Origin: Atractiella rhizophila
Lineage: Eukaryota
NCBI GenBank assembly: GCA_021432655.1
Contig: MU271456.1
Location: forward strand, 1 to 62,300
DNA length: 62,300 nucleotides
Direction of reading: 5' to 3'
Of the stretch, positions 13,287 to 26,937 are shown piece after piece. A model generated the notes under the pieces. It had not been told where the DNA came from. It was given only the letters and a program-made list of their open reading frames with translations, and ran no database searches. The position numbers and the translations under genes were made by a program. The number at the start of each line of letters is the position of its first letter. Positions within the stretch are counted from its first letter, which is position 1.

Positions 13287-13711
13287 TTTGGACTGTTTAT
13301 TTGGAGCTAAAGCGAGAAGTTGCTTCGACGATTGCCTGTCACGGTATCAGCTCTCGTTAAATATGTGAATCTTTGAGAGGAGGTTTGTGGTATCTTCAAT
13401 GAGCCACGGGTCGTCGATTTCTGAGACGTCGCAATTGACGTGCGTTGTTGTAGCTCAACGTCACTTCTCAGCACAATTGCGCAGCAGAATAAACTTAGTT
13501 CGGAATAGGCCGTGCAGTTTTCAGGTTACCCTTGGGCCGGATGTCAAAGATGAAATGTGTCATTGATCAACCGCTCGGTGTCCCTGCCCGTTCAATGGGA
13601 ATTAAGTTTAAAAACATTGCAATTATCTGCGACTACAAAACGAGTGGATGGTATTACGTTGTCCTATCCTGCCTAGGGTCTTGACGGAATACAGATGGAA
13701 AAAACGCCAGC

Positions 13712-15301
13712 TTATTTTCTCAAATAATACCCTGCTAGTTGTCGCAGGTCAGAGGCGAGAGCTTTCGGATTATCAATTCCTACAAGCTAACATGAGAAAG
13801 CTAACAGACAACAGAGGGGGCCTTACCAGGAAAATGACCGCCACGTTCGTTTTCTGATAAGGACGGGATAGTCATCAGTTTTACAATTTCTAATCTGGAA
13901 GAGAAAACCTTTACCAGTGTAAAAAGTCAAATTTCCAACTTTAGCAGCATACGCTTTCGGCCAGGCAGCGACGTTGTACTTGAAGTTGGACATGCCCATT
14001 GGCGCAGTTGGAATCTTCTCCAGGTCGTCATAGGATGGACGAGTGCTTGCGCCGTTTGCGGTGTAGATCCAAGTGGAGGAAAGGAAAGTGTCGGTTAGGA
14101 AGTAGAGAGAGACCCAAGAAAGGATAGTGTCGTTAGTCCATGTGGAAGGGGCGACGCCGAATTGGGGATCAGACCAAGAGACGAGTTTCTCTCCGATCCA
14201 AGCAAGCTGGCCCATCGGAGAGTCCTGTAACCAGTCTTAAAAAGCGTAGTTAGAGAAGCAGAGACGTACATGAAGCGCGAGTCCGATCGTGTTTGGCTAA
14301 GGAGCGGGTGAGAACAGAAGGAAAGATGAGCACAACGTGGCACGAACCTTTGTTGTCTGTTCCACCAAATAACCTGTTCCCACAGCGTTGAAGATTGCGC
14401 CTTGATTCAAGGCAAATTTCTCAAATGTGTCTAAACTGACGTTCGCAGCTTGTGTTTGCTCCAACGTAAGGGGAATGAAAGGCAGAAAAGTGAAGAGGGA
14501 AGCTTTGACCGAGGAAGGGTAGTCACTATACAGATAATAAGCTGGATCACCTCCCCAGTCCGTTCCATAAGTCGCATAGGTGTCGTAACCCAAAACGTCG
14601 ACCATCAGCGTGTTGAGCACTCGAGCAGTATCCTCATTGGTCCATTCAGTCGAAGGAAGCGATGAGAAACCGAAACCAGGTAAAGAGGGAACAATGACGT
14701 CGAAGGATACTGGTCCCAGTTGCTCCTGTCATCCAGAATCCCTAAATGTGTACAAGCAATAATCTTACCTTGATCTCCTTGCGGATTCGAGCCGACCTGT
14801 TGGAGTGGTCGAATCACGGGGAGGAATTCAAGGAACGAGCCTGCACCACGTCAGCATGCAGTTTTGAAGTTAAGTGAACCTACCTGGCCATCCATGCAGA
14901 AGAAGCACCGGCACAGAGTTTTGATGCTTGGACTTCTCATGAATAAAGTGCAAGGTCACATTCTCGATTTTCGTAGTAAAATGTTGGTATCTGCGGCGTT
15001 CGGTGAGCAAAAGTCATTGAGACAGACAAGAGACGACAGACGAATTGATCTCCTTCTCGTGTTCCCTCCAACTGAACTTGGTGAGCCACTGCTCCTTCAG
15101 GGCCGAAAGCCAAGCCGTCGGTGATCCATGATCCCAACCTGACCCCGAGAAGCTGGACGGCAGCCTATAGTCTTGGATGAGAGAATTCATCCGATTGATG
15201 GATTTCTGAGGAATGTCAACGCGAAAAGGTCGAACATCATGCGAGTGGTTCTGAGTTGCCAGAGCCGCTGCAGCGGAAAACAAGGTGAAGAGACCTATCA
15301 T
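13712..15301 (-). CDS. Epoxide hydrolase (EHN N-terminal domain plus alpha/beta hydrolase), with a predicted signal peptide
   Basis: MIGLFTLFSAAAALA, VRPFRVDIP, FSWREHEKEINS, LLLHGWPGSFLEF, VIVPSLPGFGFS, nucleophile motif GTDWG, PNTIGLALHDSPMGQLAWIGEKL, catalytic GGHFP. Ends ...AGYYLRK*. Confidence 0.9.
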
Positions 15302-16095
15302 ACTGTGCAAAAGTGAAGGCGAATGTGACCTGGACCACCTCCATGGCGGTTTTTATGTGTTCATCGAAATACAGGAGAGCAGTCCCGATTGTACCGAGCT
15401 AAGCAAAGTCCAGAGTGGCTCCACCATACCTCGGTCGGACCTCTACGCAGGCGTGGTAGTTGTGTATAGCGCTACAGGTAATCTTGTCAGATTGTTGAGG
15501 TGCAGTCTGCTGGTACTGTTTGTCGATGTTGATCGCCGGACGAAGTTGTGATATCGACAGTTGTTGGACGACCGAAATGAAAACATCACAAATTCTAACG
15601 CCTATAGCAACTAGTGTGGCACGACAAAGTAATCTGGCCTGGGAGGTAGTTGAGTAAGGGAACTTCGTGATGTAAAGGCAACTAAGCATCATTCATTAAT
15701 CAGTGTGATGGCCAATGTTGATTGACAAAAACGTCACGGCTCCCCAACGCTCGCTATGGATTACACCAGTCATATTGGATCTTCCAAACTATGCCTTTAG
15801 TAGCTGCTCTCTAAGGAGTCCGTGCACGTAGTGTTGTGTAGAGCGGTTTGTCAAAGGAGTAAACCGAAAGTGCGGTTAAGTTAGGGTTTGAAAGCCAGCT
15901 CCGTAGTTAACGCTAATCCAAGATTGCGGGCGAAGTGCGGGGTAACACTGACTAGAGGCGAACTAGAGTGACCTTGTGTTCAACGATCATTAGACCCCTG
16001 AAATCTTGGAATCTCTGCTGACCTCTCTGCACCACCATCTCCCATCTCCCACCCATCTCCAGCTGTGACTTGCCGTCTGCGAGAGTCATAGCGCG

Positions 16096-19000
16096 ATGCG
16101 AACCGCCCTCTTTTCCTGCGTCGCAGGACTCTCCCTTGCCGCCATGATGACCCTGCTGTGGATCAACGGCTTGCTGAGCTTCCTTCATGGTGCAGTGCCT
16201 AAAGTGGGAGCTGCTCTAGCCTTCAAACCGAATGTCATCCCACTCGCCGTCAGGTCGCCTTACCTCTCCGTTTGGAAGGTGCAGGGATACAATGAGCCCA
16301 TCTTTTGGCCCGGACAGGTGAACTTCCATCTCATCTTCGTGATTATGTACCTTGAGACTGATGATTTTGTGAAGAGGATGAGCTGGGGAGCTGCTGTTAG
16401 AGTCGATGGAACTACATATTGGTTCCTAGGCGACGGAGGGAGTTACTCGACTCGTTGCACAGAGAGCGGCTTCGAGGTATGACTTCATCTTCTTCATTCG
16501 ACGCCAAGGCTCAAGCGAGATTCGAATGTAGCTCACGAGCACTGCCTCTATCTTCGATTACGATTGCGGACCAGTAGATTTACGAGCTACATTTTTCAGC
16601 CCCATAGAAACTGATTTCACGAAACAATCCACGCCTTTCAGTTATTTCACCGTTCAAGTAACATCTTCGGACGGGCTTTCACACTCTGTTCAAGTTTACA
16701 GCGACATCACAGGCGGTTTGTTTTGCAATCCTTTCAGGTAACGATAACTGATGCCGGTCGACAGAGTGGGTGTCAACCGACCATGGGCGGTCCGTGAACT
16801 GGACGACAACAAGCACCTCTTCTCTGACCTACCATACCTCGACACTTACCGCTCCAGAAGTGTTCGCCGAATCCTGGGACTCTCCGCGATGGGGTACTGT
16901 GTATTACACCACACCTTCGTCCTCTTCTCTTACGCACCAAACTGGTCCCTACGTCGTCCTTCGCAGTCTCTTCGCTCTGCAAGGTTCTTTATACAATGTT
17001 GCAGACTCGAGATATAGGAGGATCGATGACCAGACGCCGGGTTATGCCTTTGCCAAGGATTTGGGAACTGTGGAGGGTACTAGTGAGGAGGTAGTATTTG
17101 TTGTTGGTGTAATCAGGGACCCGGCGGTTAGGTGGAGCTTGATGGGAGGGAAAGGAGAGGACGAATACCGGAGGTTGTACAGCTTTGTCAAGTGGAAAGG
17201 AGATGTCATCGCCATGGTTCGTCCGCTAAGTTTCACCTCTGAGTCAAACCATCTGATGACGATTCCTGCAGATGGAAGACTTCGTAAATGACCTCGAGCC
17301 TGCACGGACGAGAGCACAGGAACTAGACGCAAGGATCAGGGACGATGCTACTACTTTGGTGGGTGAGGAATATAGGCGGATCGTGGAGCTATCTGCAAGG
17401 CAGGCGATGGCTACAATGGAGATAACGACAGATAACGAGGGCGAGAATACGTGGGTATTCATGAAAGAAATTTCAAGCAACGGTACACTTTCCTCTCCAA
17501 TTCATTTTGAAGCTCAGCATTAAATTGATGTCTAGGGGATCTAAACACTGTGGATGTATGTCCGCTGGAGTAAAGTGTGACTTGCTGAGCCTTTGTTAGG
17601 TCTACTTCCCTGCCATGCCAATCCTCCTCTACCTCAATCCCAGCATGTTGGGTTTGATATTGAAGCCTCACCTAGTCGTCCGTCCTACCTCCCTTCCATG
17701 AGGATGCCTGACAAAAAAGTGGTTTTAGTATAGCACCAGTGGCTACTATCCCAACAAGTGGAGTGTCCATGATCTAGGTGTATACCCCAATGCATACGGT
17801 CATAATGACGGGAATGACGAAAAGATGCCTGTCGAGGGTTCGTTTCCTCTTTGCCACTACCTTCGTGGAGGTTTAACCAGCGAGATCAGAATGCGGAAAC
17901 ATGCTCATCATGATGCTGTCCTACGCTGTAAGCCAATGCCTATTGGCGGTGGGACCTTGAGCTGATGCTCAGAAGGCTGCGAGTGGAGACATCAACCTCC
18001 TCGTCGACTATTATGAACTTTTGCGACAGTGGACAACTTTCTTGATCACGGATGGCTTGATACCTGCAAACCAGTGGGTCTTCCATTTTGTGCTATTATG
18101 AGGACGCTGATGTAAGGGCATTAGACTCTCCACCGGTTTGTTGCTCTCCCCTTCATCCCAGCGACGTTGACTAACTGGACCGTTTTAAAGATGATTTTGC
18201 AGGTCAGGATTCAGCCGCAAGACTAACTACATGATGCTGATATACTCCACGTCACAGGTCCTTTGGCTAACCAAACCAATCTGGCTCTCAAAGCCATTGT
18301 TGCTATTCAGTCTATGAGCAAGATTTCAGCCATAGTAGGCGATGCTTCATCATCGGCTAAATACAGCGTGAGCTCTGTTTCAATCTTTTACTCATCCTCG
18401 CCGCTGAGGAATATCGTAGGCAACTGCAAAGGACTACATGGAGAAATTCCAGACACTCGCCAATTCGACCACAGAAGGCCACCTTACACTCTCATACAAT
18501 AACGACAAGACCTGGGGCCTGATTTACAATGCCTGGCCAGACAAATTGCTCAACTTAGGTATCGTCCCGAAGAAGCTTCTGGATAAGCAGACCAAGTGGT
18601 ATAAGAAGGCGAGTCTGCTGACAGTTTTTAGTGTGGGGAGAGCTGAGAGACGCACAGGTCGCAAGGAATTTCGGCGTGCAGCTTGACACTCGGCACGAGT
18701 GGACTAAGTCTGGTATGATTCTCTTTATCCGCAAACGCAGAGTGCTGATGCATGAAATTAGATTGGATGGTCTGGACTTCGGCTATCGTCACTGATGTAA
18801 GCTTCTCATATTTTATTTCGAAATTTTACTAAATCCGTATAGACTGACACCCGCGATGTAATGCTTCGTGGATTATATAACTTTATTACTGGGAATCGAT
18901 ATGAACGACCTTTTCCAGGTCTGTTTCTTGCTCTTATCTTGTTGGGGCTATTGCTGATGCTATTGGGTCGACAGACTGGTACGAAACGACGGACGGAAGA

Positions 19001-19244
19001 CATAGTGGGGTGCGTCCACTCATTACTTCCTGAGCACTCACTGAAAGCTTGAATGAAGTTCATGGCACGGCCCGTCGTTGGAGGTCACTTTGCCTTCCTA
19101 GCGGAGAAAGCGATTGCCAACGCTCCTGGACGACATCTCTTGCAGATGAACGAGGAGGGACAGATTGTGTTGCCAGAAGACGAGCAAGTTTCATTCTGGA
19201 CTCAGCTGAGCGGCAAACAGATTGTTTTCCAGTCTGAGAAGTGA
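16096..19244 (+). CDS. gtaA: Glutaminase A (GtaA-like; DUF5127/DUF4965/DUF1793 architecture), highly spliced
   Basis: PLAVRSPYLSVW, FMKEISSNGDLNTVDVYFPA, HDLGVYPNAYGHNDGNDEKMPVEECGNMLIM, QLSTDDFAGPLANQTNLALKAI, GVQLDTRHEWTKSDW, ARPVVGGHFAFLA. Confidence 0.88.
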
Positions 19245-20129
19245 AGGTTTTTCTCGTTTGTTTCGTTCCATCAACGTCACGACAAACATATTGGATGATG
19301 TACATATCAAGAAATCAACGGATTAGCATGTATCACAAGGTATCACATGTATTATTAGCGTCAACCAATCACATCAATAACAAGGAAACTGTTTTCGGTT
19401 TTCGATTTCAAACGCTCGTTCCATTCCATCAGATTCCATCGACGCCAGGATTCATTCGATTTCAATATCGTGTGTAGTTCACGGCGTCGGAACTCTCGTT
19501 CATTAACGTTCATTTCAGCCCTTTTTTTCTCACTTTCCTCCTCAATTATACTGCATCTCAAGACCGCAGGGTAGCGTATCCTGAGGGTTACGATCGGGTG
19601 TTCAGAGGTCTGAGCGTAAACTTTTAAGACAACGCATGATAACGACGTTCCCGGTGTTACTACCTACATAGCAGAACGATGGAGAACATCTTAAACACCA
19701 GCTCACTCAAACTCAACTTGTACACTGACAGTTGCCATAAGAGGTATGGCGCAGCGCTCCAAGCTTTACAACCTCCGGCTATTGCCAAGTTGATCGATTT
19801 CATCTTCTCGGATCGATCCTGCTCATTCAGATCGATCAACTCGGAGTGGATCATGCGCGAAGAGCTTGCATTTGCGAGCGTCATCTGGTTCTTCATCAAT
19901 AGCTCCACATGTCTACTCTGCCGCCGTTACCTCATGCAATTTCGTCTACCCGGCACCTTGCGGGGTGGCATCGTGCTCCCGCGTGCACTCCGCATTTTAG
20001 CTTGACACGCCTTCCAAATGCTGGTGGCCTCACCGCGTTCAGGAGGACCGTGGTAAATTGCATAAAAGGATGGCCCTTTCCTACCAATTCCCGTTTCCCA
20101 GTCCGAGCCACTGCGCCAACCATTTGAAC

Positions 20130-23100
20130 ATGCTCCCCTTTCTCCCCCTCCTTGTGGGTGGCGTCGCGGCAGCTACACCAAATCTCGATGCCTGTGCGGG
20201 GTATAATGCAAACGTTACGCAGAGCGGGAACAGCTTCACGGCTCAGTTGAACCTCGCAGAGGCTTGTAATGCCTACGGGGAAGATATCTCTAGCCTCTCC
20301 CTGAAAGTGGTTTACGAAACTGGTGAGTTTGCTCGTCCGTTTGAGATGTTGTTCTAAAGGAGACGTATTTAGACTCGCGAATTCACCTTACGATCAAGGA
20401 TGCTTCCAAGGACCGTTACGAAGTCCCTGAAAGCGTCTTCCCCAGACCCTCAAGCGAGAACCCCTCCCACATGCAGATCAGGTTCGAATACGAGGAGTCG
20501 CCATTTTCCTTCTCCATCGTCAGGAACTCCAATGATGAAGTTCTCTTCGATACGAAGAACCACTCGCTCATCTTCGCGCCTCAATACCTCCGACTTGCGA
20601 CCAATCTTCCCGATAATGCCAACGTCTATGGGCTAGGAGAGCACAGCGAGACTTTCCGCCTTCCAACCCACAATCTTACGCGAACGTTATGGACCCGAGA
20701 TGCTTACGGTATCCCCAACGGCACGAACTTGTACTCTTCTCACCCCGTTTACTACGAACACCGTACATCGGGTACCCATGGAGTCTTCCTCCTCAACTCG
20801 AACGGAATGGACATCAAGATTCACGACAACACTCTAGAATATAACGTCGTCGGTGGAATATTCGACTTTTACTTTCTGGCTGGACCCTCTCCTATCGACG
20901 TCGCCCAACAATACGCTCAGGTTGTGGGTAGGCCTGTCGAGGCGCCGTATTGGGGATACGGCCTTCATCAGGTTCGTAAGCTGCAGTCATCTAGTTTGCG
21001 CTGACCTTGCACTAGTGCCGATATGGATACCACGACTATTTGGAGGTCGCACAAGTAGTAGCGAACTACAGCGCGGCAGGCATACCCCTTGAGACGATGT
21101 GGACAGATATCGGTGAACCCTGCTCCTTGCCTGTTCTTTGATCCATTTTCTGAGCTGCTCCATGTGTAGATTACATGCTGCATCGCCTCATCTTTACGAC
21201 CGACGAAGACTACTTCCCCAAGGATCGTCTACAAGAAATAGTTGCCAAGCTGCACGCTAATGGACAACAATACATCCAAATGATCGATCCTGCTATCGGC
21301 ATTCGTCCTCAACTTTCGGGAACATATGATCGAGGAAAGGCAGCGGATATTTTCCTCAAGGAGAGCAACGGCACTGATCACATCGGTATCGTCTGGCCTG
21401 GAGCTGTCGTCTGGCCCGTACGTCTCTTTCGAGCTTCTTTTATCTTTTACCTTTTATCTTTTCTCTGATAGTTGACTGGCACAGGATTGGTTCAACCCGA
21501 AAACGAACGAGTTTTGGACGAATGAGTTCGCACAGTTTTACCACAAGGATACCGGCATTGATATCGACGGAGCTTGGATCGATATGAATGTGAGTCGTTG
21601 CGACATCAAGCGCTGCAATGAGTTAAAGTGTGAAACAGGAACCGGCTTCTTTCTGCTCTTACCCCTGTGACGACCCTTATCAGGTAGGCTCTCTAATTTG
21701 CGAGCATGAGCAAGAAGCTGACATCTGTTGCAGCAAGCCAAGACTCAACAACTTCCCCCCGTCAGGCAAGGCGCTGCTCCTTGGTGCGTTTCATTCCCCT
21801 GATAATCGTCACTACTCACTTTGTGTGATTTCAAAGGAGGGACACGGAGCTTCCCAATTGGCCAGTCGTCCAGAACACCACCTCTCGCTTGGCTAAGAGG
21901 GCAAACGCGAACCCGGAATACGAAGCTGCCCTTTTGAACCCTCCGTACAATATCTCTAATGCTGCAGGCGTTCTTTCCGACAGGACTGCCCATGTCGATG
22001 TTTTGAACTATGACGGAACTTATCAGTATGACACTCATAACCTCTAGTGCGTCTTTACCTCCTCATCTTGCTTAGCAAGATAATCATCGGCGTTGTAGCG
22101 GTGCTATGATGTCTACAGCCACTCGGGAGGCTCTCCTGAATCGCCGTCCCGGTATCAGGCCACTCGTTATCACTCGATCTACTTTCGCTGGCTCTGGAAG
22201 TCACACTGGGAAGTGGCTTGGGTAGCTTCTTACTACTTGCAGTGTGCTTGCAAGGCTAACGACGACCAAACTAGTGACAATGCTGCTACCTGGTGGCATT
22301 ACCGAAACTCCATCGCTGGACTCTTGGGATTCGCCTCTATCTACCAGGTCCCCATTGCTGGCTCCGACGTCTGTGGATTTGGCCAAAACACGACTGCGAC
22401 TCTTTGTGCTCGGTGGGCTTCTCTCGGAGCGTTCTATCCCTTCTACAGGCAAGTCTTTACCCGCAAGACTGAGACTGTACTGATGTTCTCCACTTTCAAT
22501 AGAAATCATAACGAGTTGGGCCAGATTCCTCAGGAATTCTATCGTTGGCCAATTGTCACATCTAGCGCTAAAGTTTGTGGCCTCTCAAATTTCCTTGTAA
22601 GACAATCTTATGCAACATAGAACGCTATCGACATCCGTTACCGTACCTTGGACTATTTCTTCACCCAAGTCCATACTCAACATCTAGACGGAACTCCTTC
22701 CATTCAGGTTCGCAGATCCATTTACCTGACTGTCATGGAAGGCTCACTACGCCTCGATGCAGCCTCTTTTTTTCGCTTACCCCAACGACACTAATACTTA
22801 TGGCATTGATCTCCAATTCCTTTGGGGAGACTCCATTCTGATTTCCCCAGTGACGGAAGAAAATGCGACTAGCGTGACCTTCTACCTGCCTGACGAGCAC
22901 TGGTACGATATCAAGACCTATCAGAAGACCGTCGGTGGTGGCAAAAATCACACGCTAGACGTTCCTCTTGACGAGATCCCCATACACATCAAGGGTACGT
23001 TCAGGACATAAGAGGATTGACACACGCATTAACGCTTTCTTAGGTGGATCTGTCATCCCTCTCCGAGCTGAATCGGCCAACACCACGAAAGTGCTCCGAA

Positions 23101-23456
23101 CAAAGGACTTCGAGCTGGTCGTTGCAGTCGACAAGGCAGGAAAGGCTAGCGGATCGCTCTACATCGATGACGGAGTTTCTATTGAGCCAGACAGCAGTTA
23201 TCGTGCGACATACAGCTTTGAATACTCCAACTCGACCTCCACTTTCAAAGTAGACGTCCCTGTCACCGGGTACGACGTCTCCTCCCTCAGCTACAAAAAC
23301 GTCATCTTCCTTGGCCTCGGATCTGAGCCTTCTTCCATCACAGTCTCTGGAGGTGTAGAACAAGGCATCAAGGGCAAATGGGACGCATCTAGCGGCTCCT
23401 TTACTCTCCCAGTCGACTCTCCCCTGGAGCAAGCTTTCACTGTCAAGTTCTCGTGA
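20130..23456 (+). CDS. Secreted glycoside hydrolase family 31 alpha-glucosidase
   Basis: Signal peptide [48 protein letters not shown], catalytic WIDMNE (split by an intron), [44 protein letters not shown]. Confidence 0.95.
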
Positions 23457-23785
23457 TGATTACGAAAACCGCCACAAAAAGTTCTACCTACTGTCTGTAG
23501 TTCCCAACTAGTTTTCACATCTGTGTTCAGGGAATGCAATGTCTGTCCTCTTACAAAACAGGTTGAAACCGTGTTACCAACTAGCGGCTAATTCAGAGCA
23601 GATTTCAGAATATGACAGTTTGACAATCCTCAACGTCTATCATGACCAATCCCAAGAATGAAGAGCCATAGTAATCAGTGGAGGGAGGAGGGAGGAGTTC
23701 TCAGCTAGCCGTAAGATCTGCTCAATTGTTTAAGGCCAAAATAACTGGTATTGGCGATATGCGTCCTGAACTACAATCCACAAGC

Positions 23786-25281
23786 TCACTTCCGCTTCCC
23801 CATCTTTTTGACGGCTTTACCGAACTTCCCTTTCTTCGATCTTCCACCATCCATACTGTCGCCCATAAAAACGTCGTTCCCTTCTGCTCGCTTCGGTTTC
23901 TTCATTCCGCGTAATGCATCATACTCGTCCTCCCTCCCTCTCTTCTTCCTTCCACCAGAAGACAGTAGATCATCAAACTCCCCTGCGAACCCACCCACCC
24001 TTCGCCTGCCTTTCCCACCTGGCGCCACATCCATTCCCAGAGCTGCAAATTCCTCTGCTCGCCTCTGTTCCTTCGACTGTTTCTTCGAGAAGGAGATACG
24101 TGTCATGTTCTCCTCTTCGTACTCCCTTACTCGCTCTATGTACGTCTTCTCCCGCTCTCTCCCGTCAGCACCTCCATTTAGAGTACGCCGAGAATGGAGG
24201 GAGGTGATACCAGTCGTCGATTCGTATGTGGGATCGGCAGCGTCGGTTGAGTCCAAAATGGTGTTGAGGAAGGCGCGAGATGGCTTCGCTTTCTTAGAAG
24301 TAGAGGTGGATGGGTAAGGAACGGCCGCTAGACGTGGAGGACGGTATATTCCGTCCCTTCCTCCTTCTTCGGCATCAGAGGCTTCGCTGCCACTCCTGCT
24401 GGCGGCAGTGGTGAGGTTCTGAGGATTCGGTCGGAACGAAAGAGCATCTATTTTGTATGTAAGTCTCTTTCGAGTTGCGGAGGAGAGAGATGAAACGAAC
24501 CAAATTCTTCATCTTCTTCTGCATCTGCACCATCTCCCCCTCTGGCTTTATTCGACTGTTTCCGCTCGTGATCCGAAGCCTTCTTCACCAACTTTTCCAC
24601 TTGATATCCCAGTTTCTTGACGAGCGGCCTCATCTTTTCCAACTCAACCCGAGCTCTTATCAACTCTTTAACGATCCTTCCTCTCTCCTCCGCATCCTCG
24701 CTAGATGAGAGTTTGAGGATGCAAAAAAGTGTCAGATGGTGCGTGTACGCTACAAGGAGCGAATTTCGAAGAGAAAGAAGGGAAATGCCTTCTTTGTACT
24801 CATACGGTTGGTTTTTCGAAGGGAGAAAATCGGAAGTGAGAGTGAGAGTGAGCTGGTCTGCAATTTCGCGGATCGACGATAGATTGGCGATGGTAGCATC
24901 GCGCTCGTCGGGCACGGGAGAGGACGAGGCTCTGTTTACCGCTTTTGGGGGAATCGTAGGAAATGTAGCCTCCTCATCTTCTTCTGCTTCCAAGATAGAA
25001 GAAACGGAAGGAGATGGCGTTGCAGCATCAATCCGCGTTTCTTGCTCGTCCTCCTCAGCGTTCTCTGTCGCGATTGCGTTTATCTCGGAGAGCCCAGAGG
25101 ACTTGTTTAGTTTTGACTTCGCAGCCCCCTGTGTTGACGATTTTGACGACTTTCCATTCCTAAGCGCGCCTCTGGAAGATTTTGAGGATTTTGATGTACC
25201 ATTTGAAGCTCCGCTATGACGTGCTAGTTTGGAGAGTTTAGATATCGACGGGAGAGAGAAGACTGTCTTGTTGCTCGCCAT
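23786..25281 (-). CDS. LCP5: SSU processome protein Lcp5/neuroguidin (Sas10/Utp3/C1D domain)
   Basis: EGISLLSLRNSLLVAY, RVELEKMRPLVKKLGYQVEKLV, ALSFRPNPQNL, GIYRPPRLAAVPY, YEEENMTRI, basic C-terminus; one intron. Confidence 0.88.
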
Positions 25282-26937
25282 TGTCACAACTCCGTTGGCC
25301 AACCTGTTCCAAAAAAAATTGGAGAGGCAGTGAGGTCATCAGCCCGCATCATCGTTTTGTAAACAAGCGCAGCCTGCAGCCATGAGCTTTTGATTCGACT
25401 GCCTGACCAAAGACAACTAATAATAGCGATAGAGAATCACATTAAGAAAAGCAGGAATGTTTAAAGTGTGTCAGTATACTCCAACTGTGTGAAGTGCAAA
25501 GTAGGATAGAGAAACGGTCGACAAGAACGAAAAGAATGGCTCAAATTGGAGGTCGAGTGAGTAGCCTGAGGCCGCTTGATTTCAGTGGTATTTCAGTTTT
25601 CCTATTTTGAGTAATATACCCGGAGCATTTTTCTGTCTGAATTTTAAAGAATTCAGAGCGTAGATACAATGGTCTCTCTGCCATTACAAGCAAAATACCT
25701 TCTGCTACAAAGCCTTCCCCTGAACTTGTCCCTCAAATCCTTCATAAGGCGCTTTACTTCCCCAAACTCTAGTTTACCAACAGTCATCCCACCCTTGTTG
25801 CCTCAAGCGGTTGATGCGCCGCTATTTCTTATCTCAAAACTCAACCTCTACAATCTCGAGTTTACTCCTCCATACATGAAGATCAGGAGCCACTATCACA
25901 TCGGGAGCCCTGTAAAATCGGAAAGGGATGTGAAGAGCAACTTCAGGATGTGGTGGGAGATCTTCCGACTGCAAAGAAGTGAATCCGAAAAGAAAAGAGC
26001 GAAAGAGGGGTGACCGTGAATCAACGGAACGTTCCGAGACAGCCAATATACCAACGTTGGATGGAAGGTATACTGGGAACAGAATGCTGATTTGTTGGAC
26101 GCCTTGATAAGGACGATGTTATGTTTTCTGTGATAAAGCGCAATATCCCTCTTACCAAAATTATGTCTATGGTCCAAGAATTGTGGTCTGGTTGGATGTT
26201 TGAGTCGAGTCCTATCTTCGGCTTGTGCAGGTGCTCAACGCGGGGTGAGTTGTTGGTTGTGCGTGAACATCGTCATTGAATGTAGGCGTTTAGTTTTCGT
26301 TTCGATGGTTTCGATGGTTTCGAGTTCGCAGTTCACAAATTGGTACCAAGTACGTCAGAGTGAAACAGAATTGTCGCAGAGTATTTACAGTATATGTTAC
26401 ACCATCTCTGCAGTTGCAAATAGTATGATAATTTATATTTGCGAAACGAAATATTATTTTATCGAACATTTGAAAAAGCGTTCCGCGATTTTGATTTCTC
26501 ACAATGCAGTTGTTTGGAGACGGCGAGAAGAGGGAAAAGACCGCCTCGTTCATCACCATTTTGCAGGAATATCAAAGGAAAAATTACAGTAACGATCTGC
26601 TTGGTTCTGCAATTGCTCGCAATATCCTTGGAAATAGAATTTGAAATATGGTGCAGCAAAGTCATTGCAGCCCATTGTCCTTCCCATTGTCAACGTCCAT
26701 CCATGCGGAGATAGGACATTATTAATGATCCTCGTGTGCTCATAAAAAAGGCCAGCCCATGAAACTATTTAAGAGAAGCAGACAGTATGGCTGAGAATCA
26801 ACGATTACCGCTGGGTGACACTATCAGGTATTTCCAATTGCCATATGAGACTGCGAAGTGGGAACCAGACGGAGAGAGACCAACCTAGAAGGAGTCGGAA
26901 AAAAGGTCAGAAAGGCAGGCAAGTAGGCAAAGCCAAG

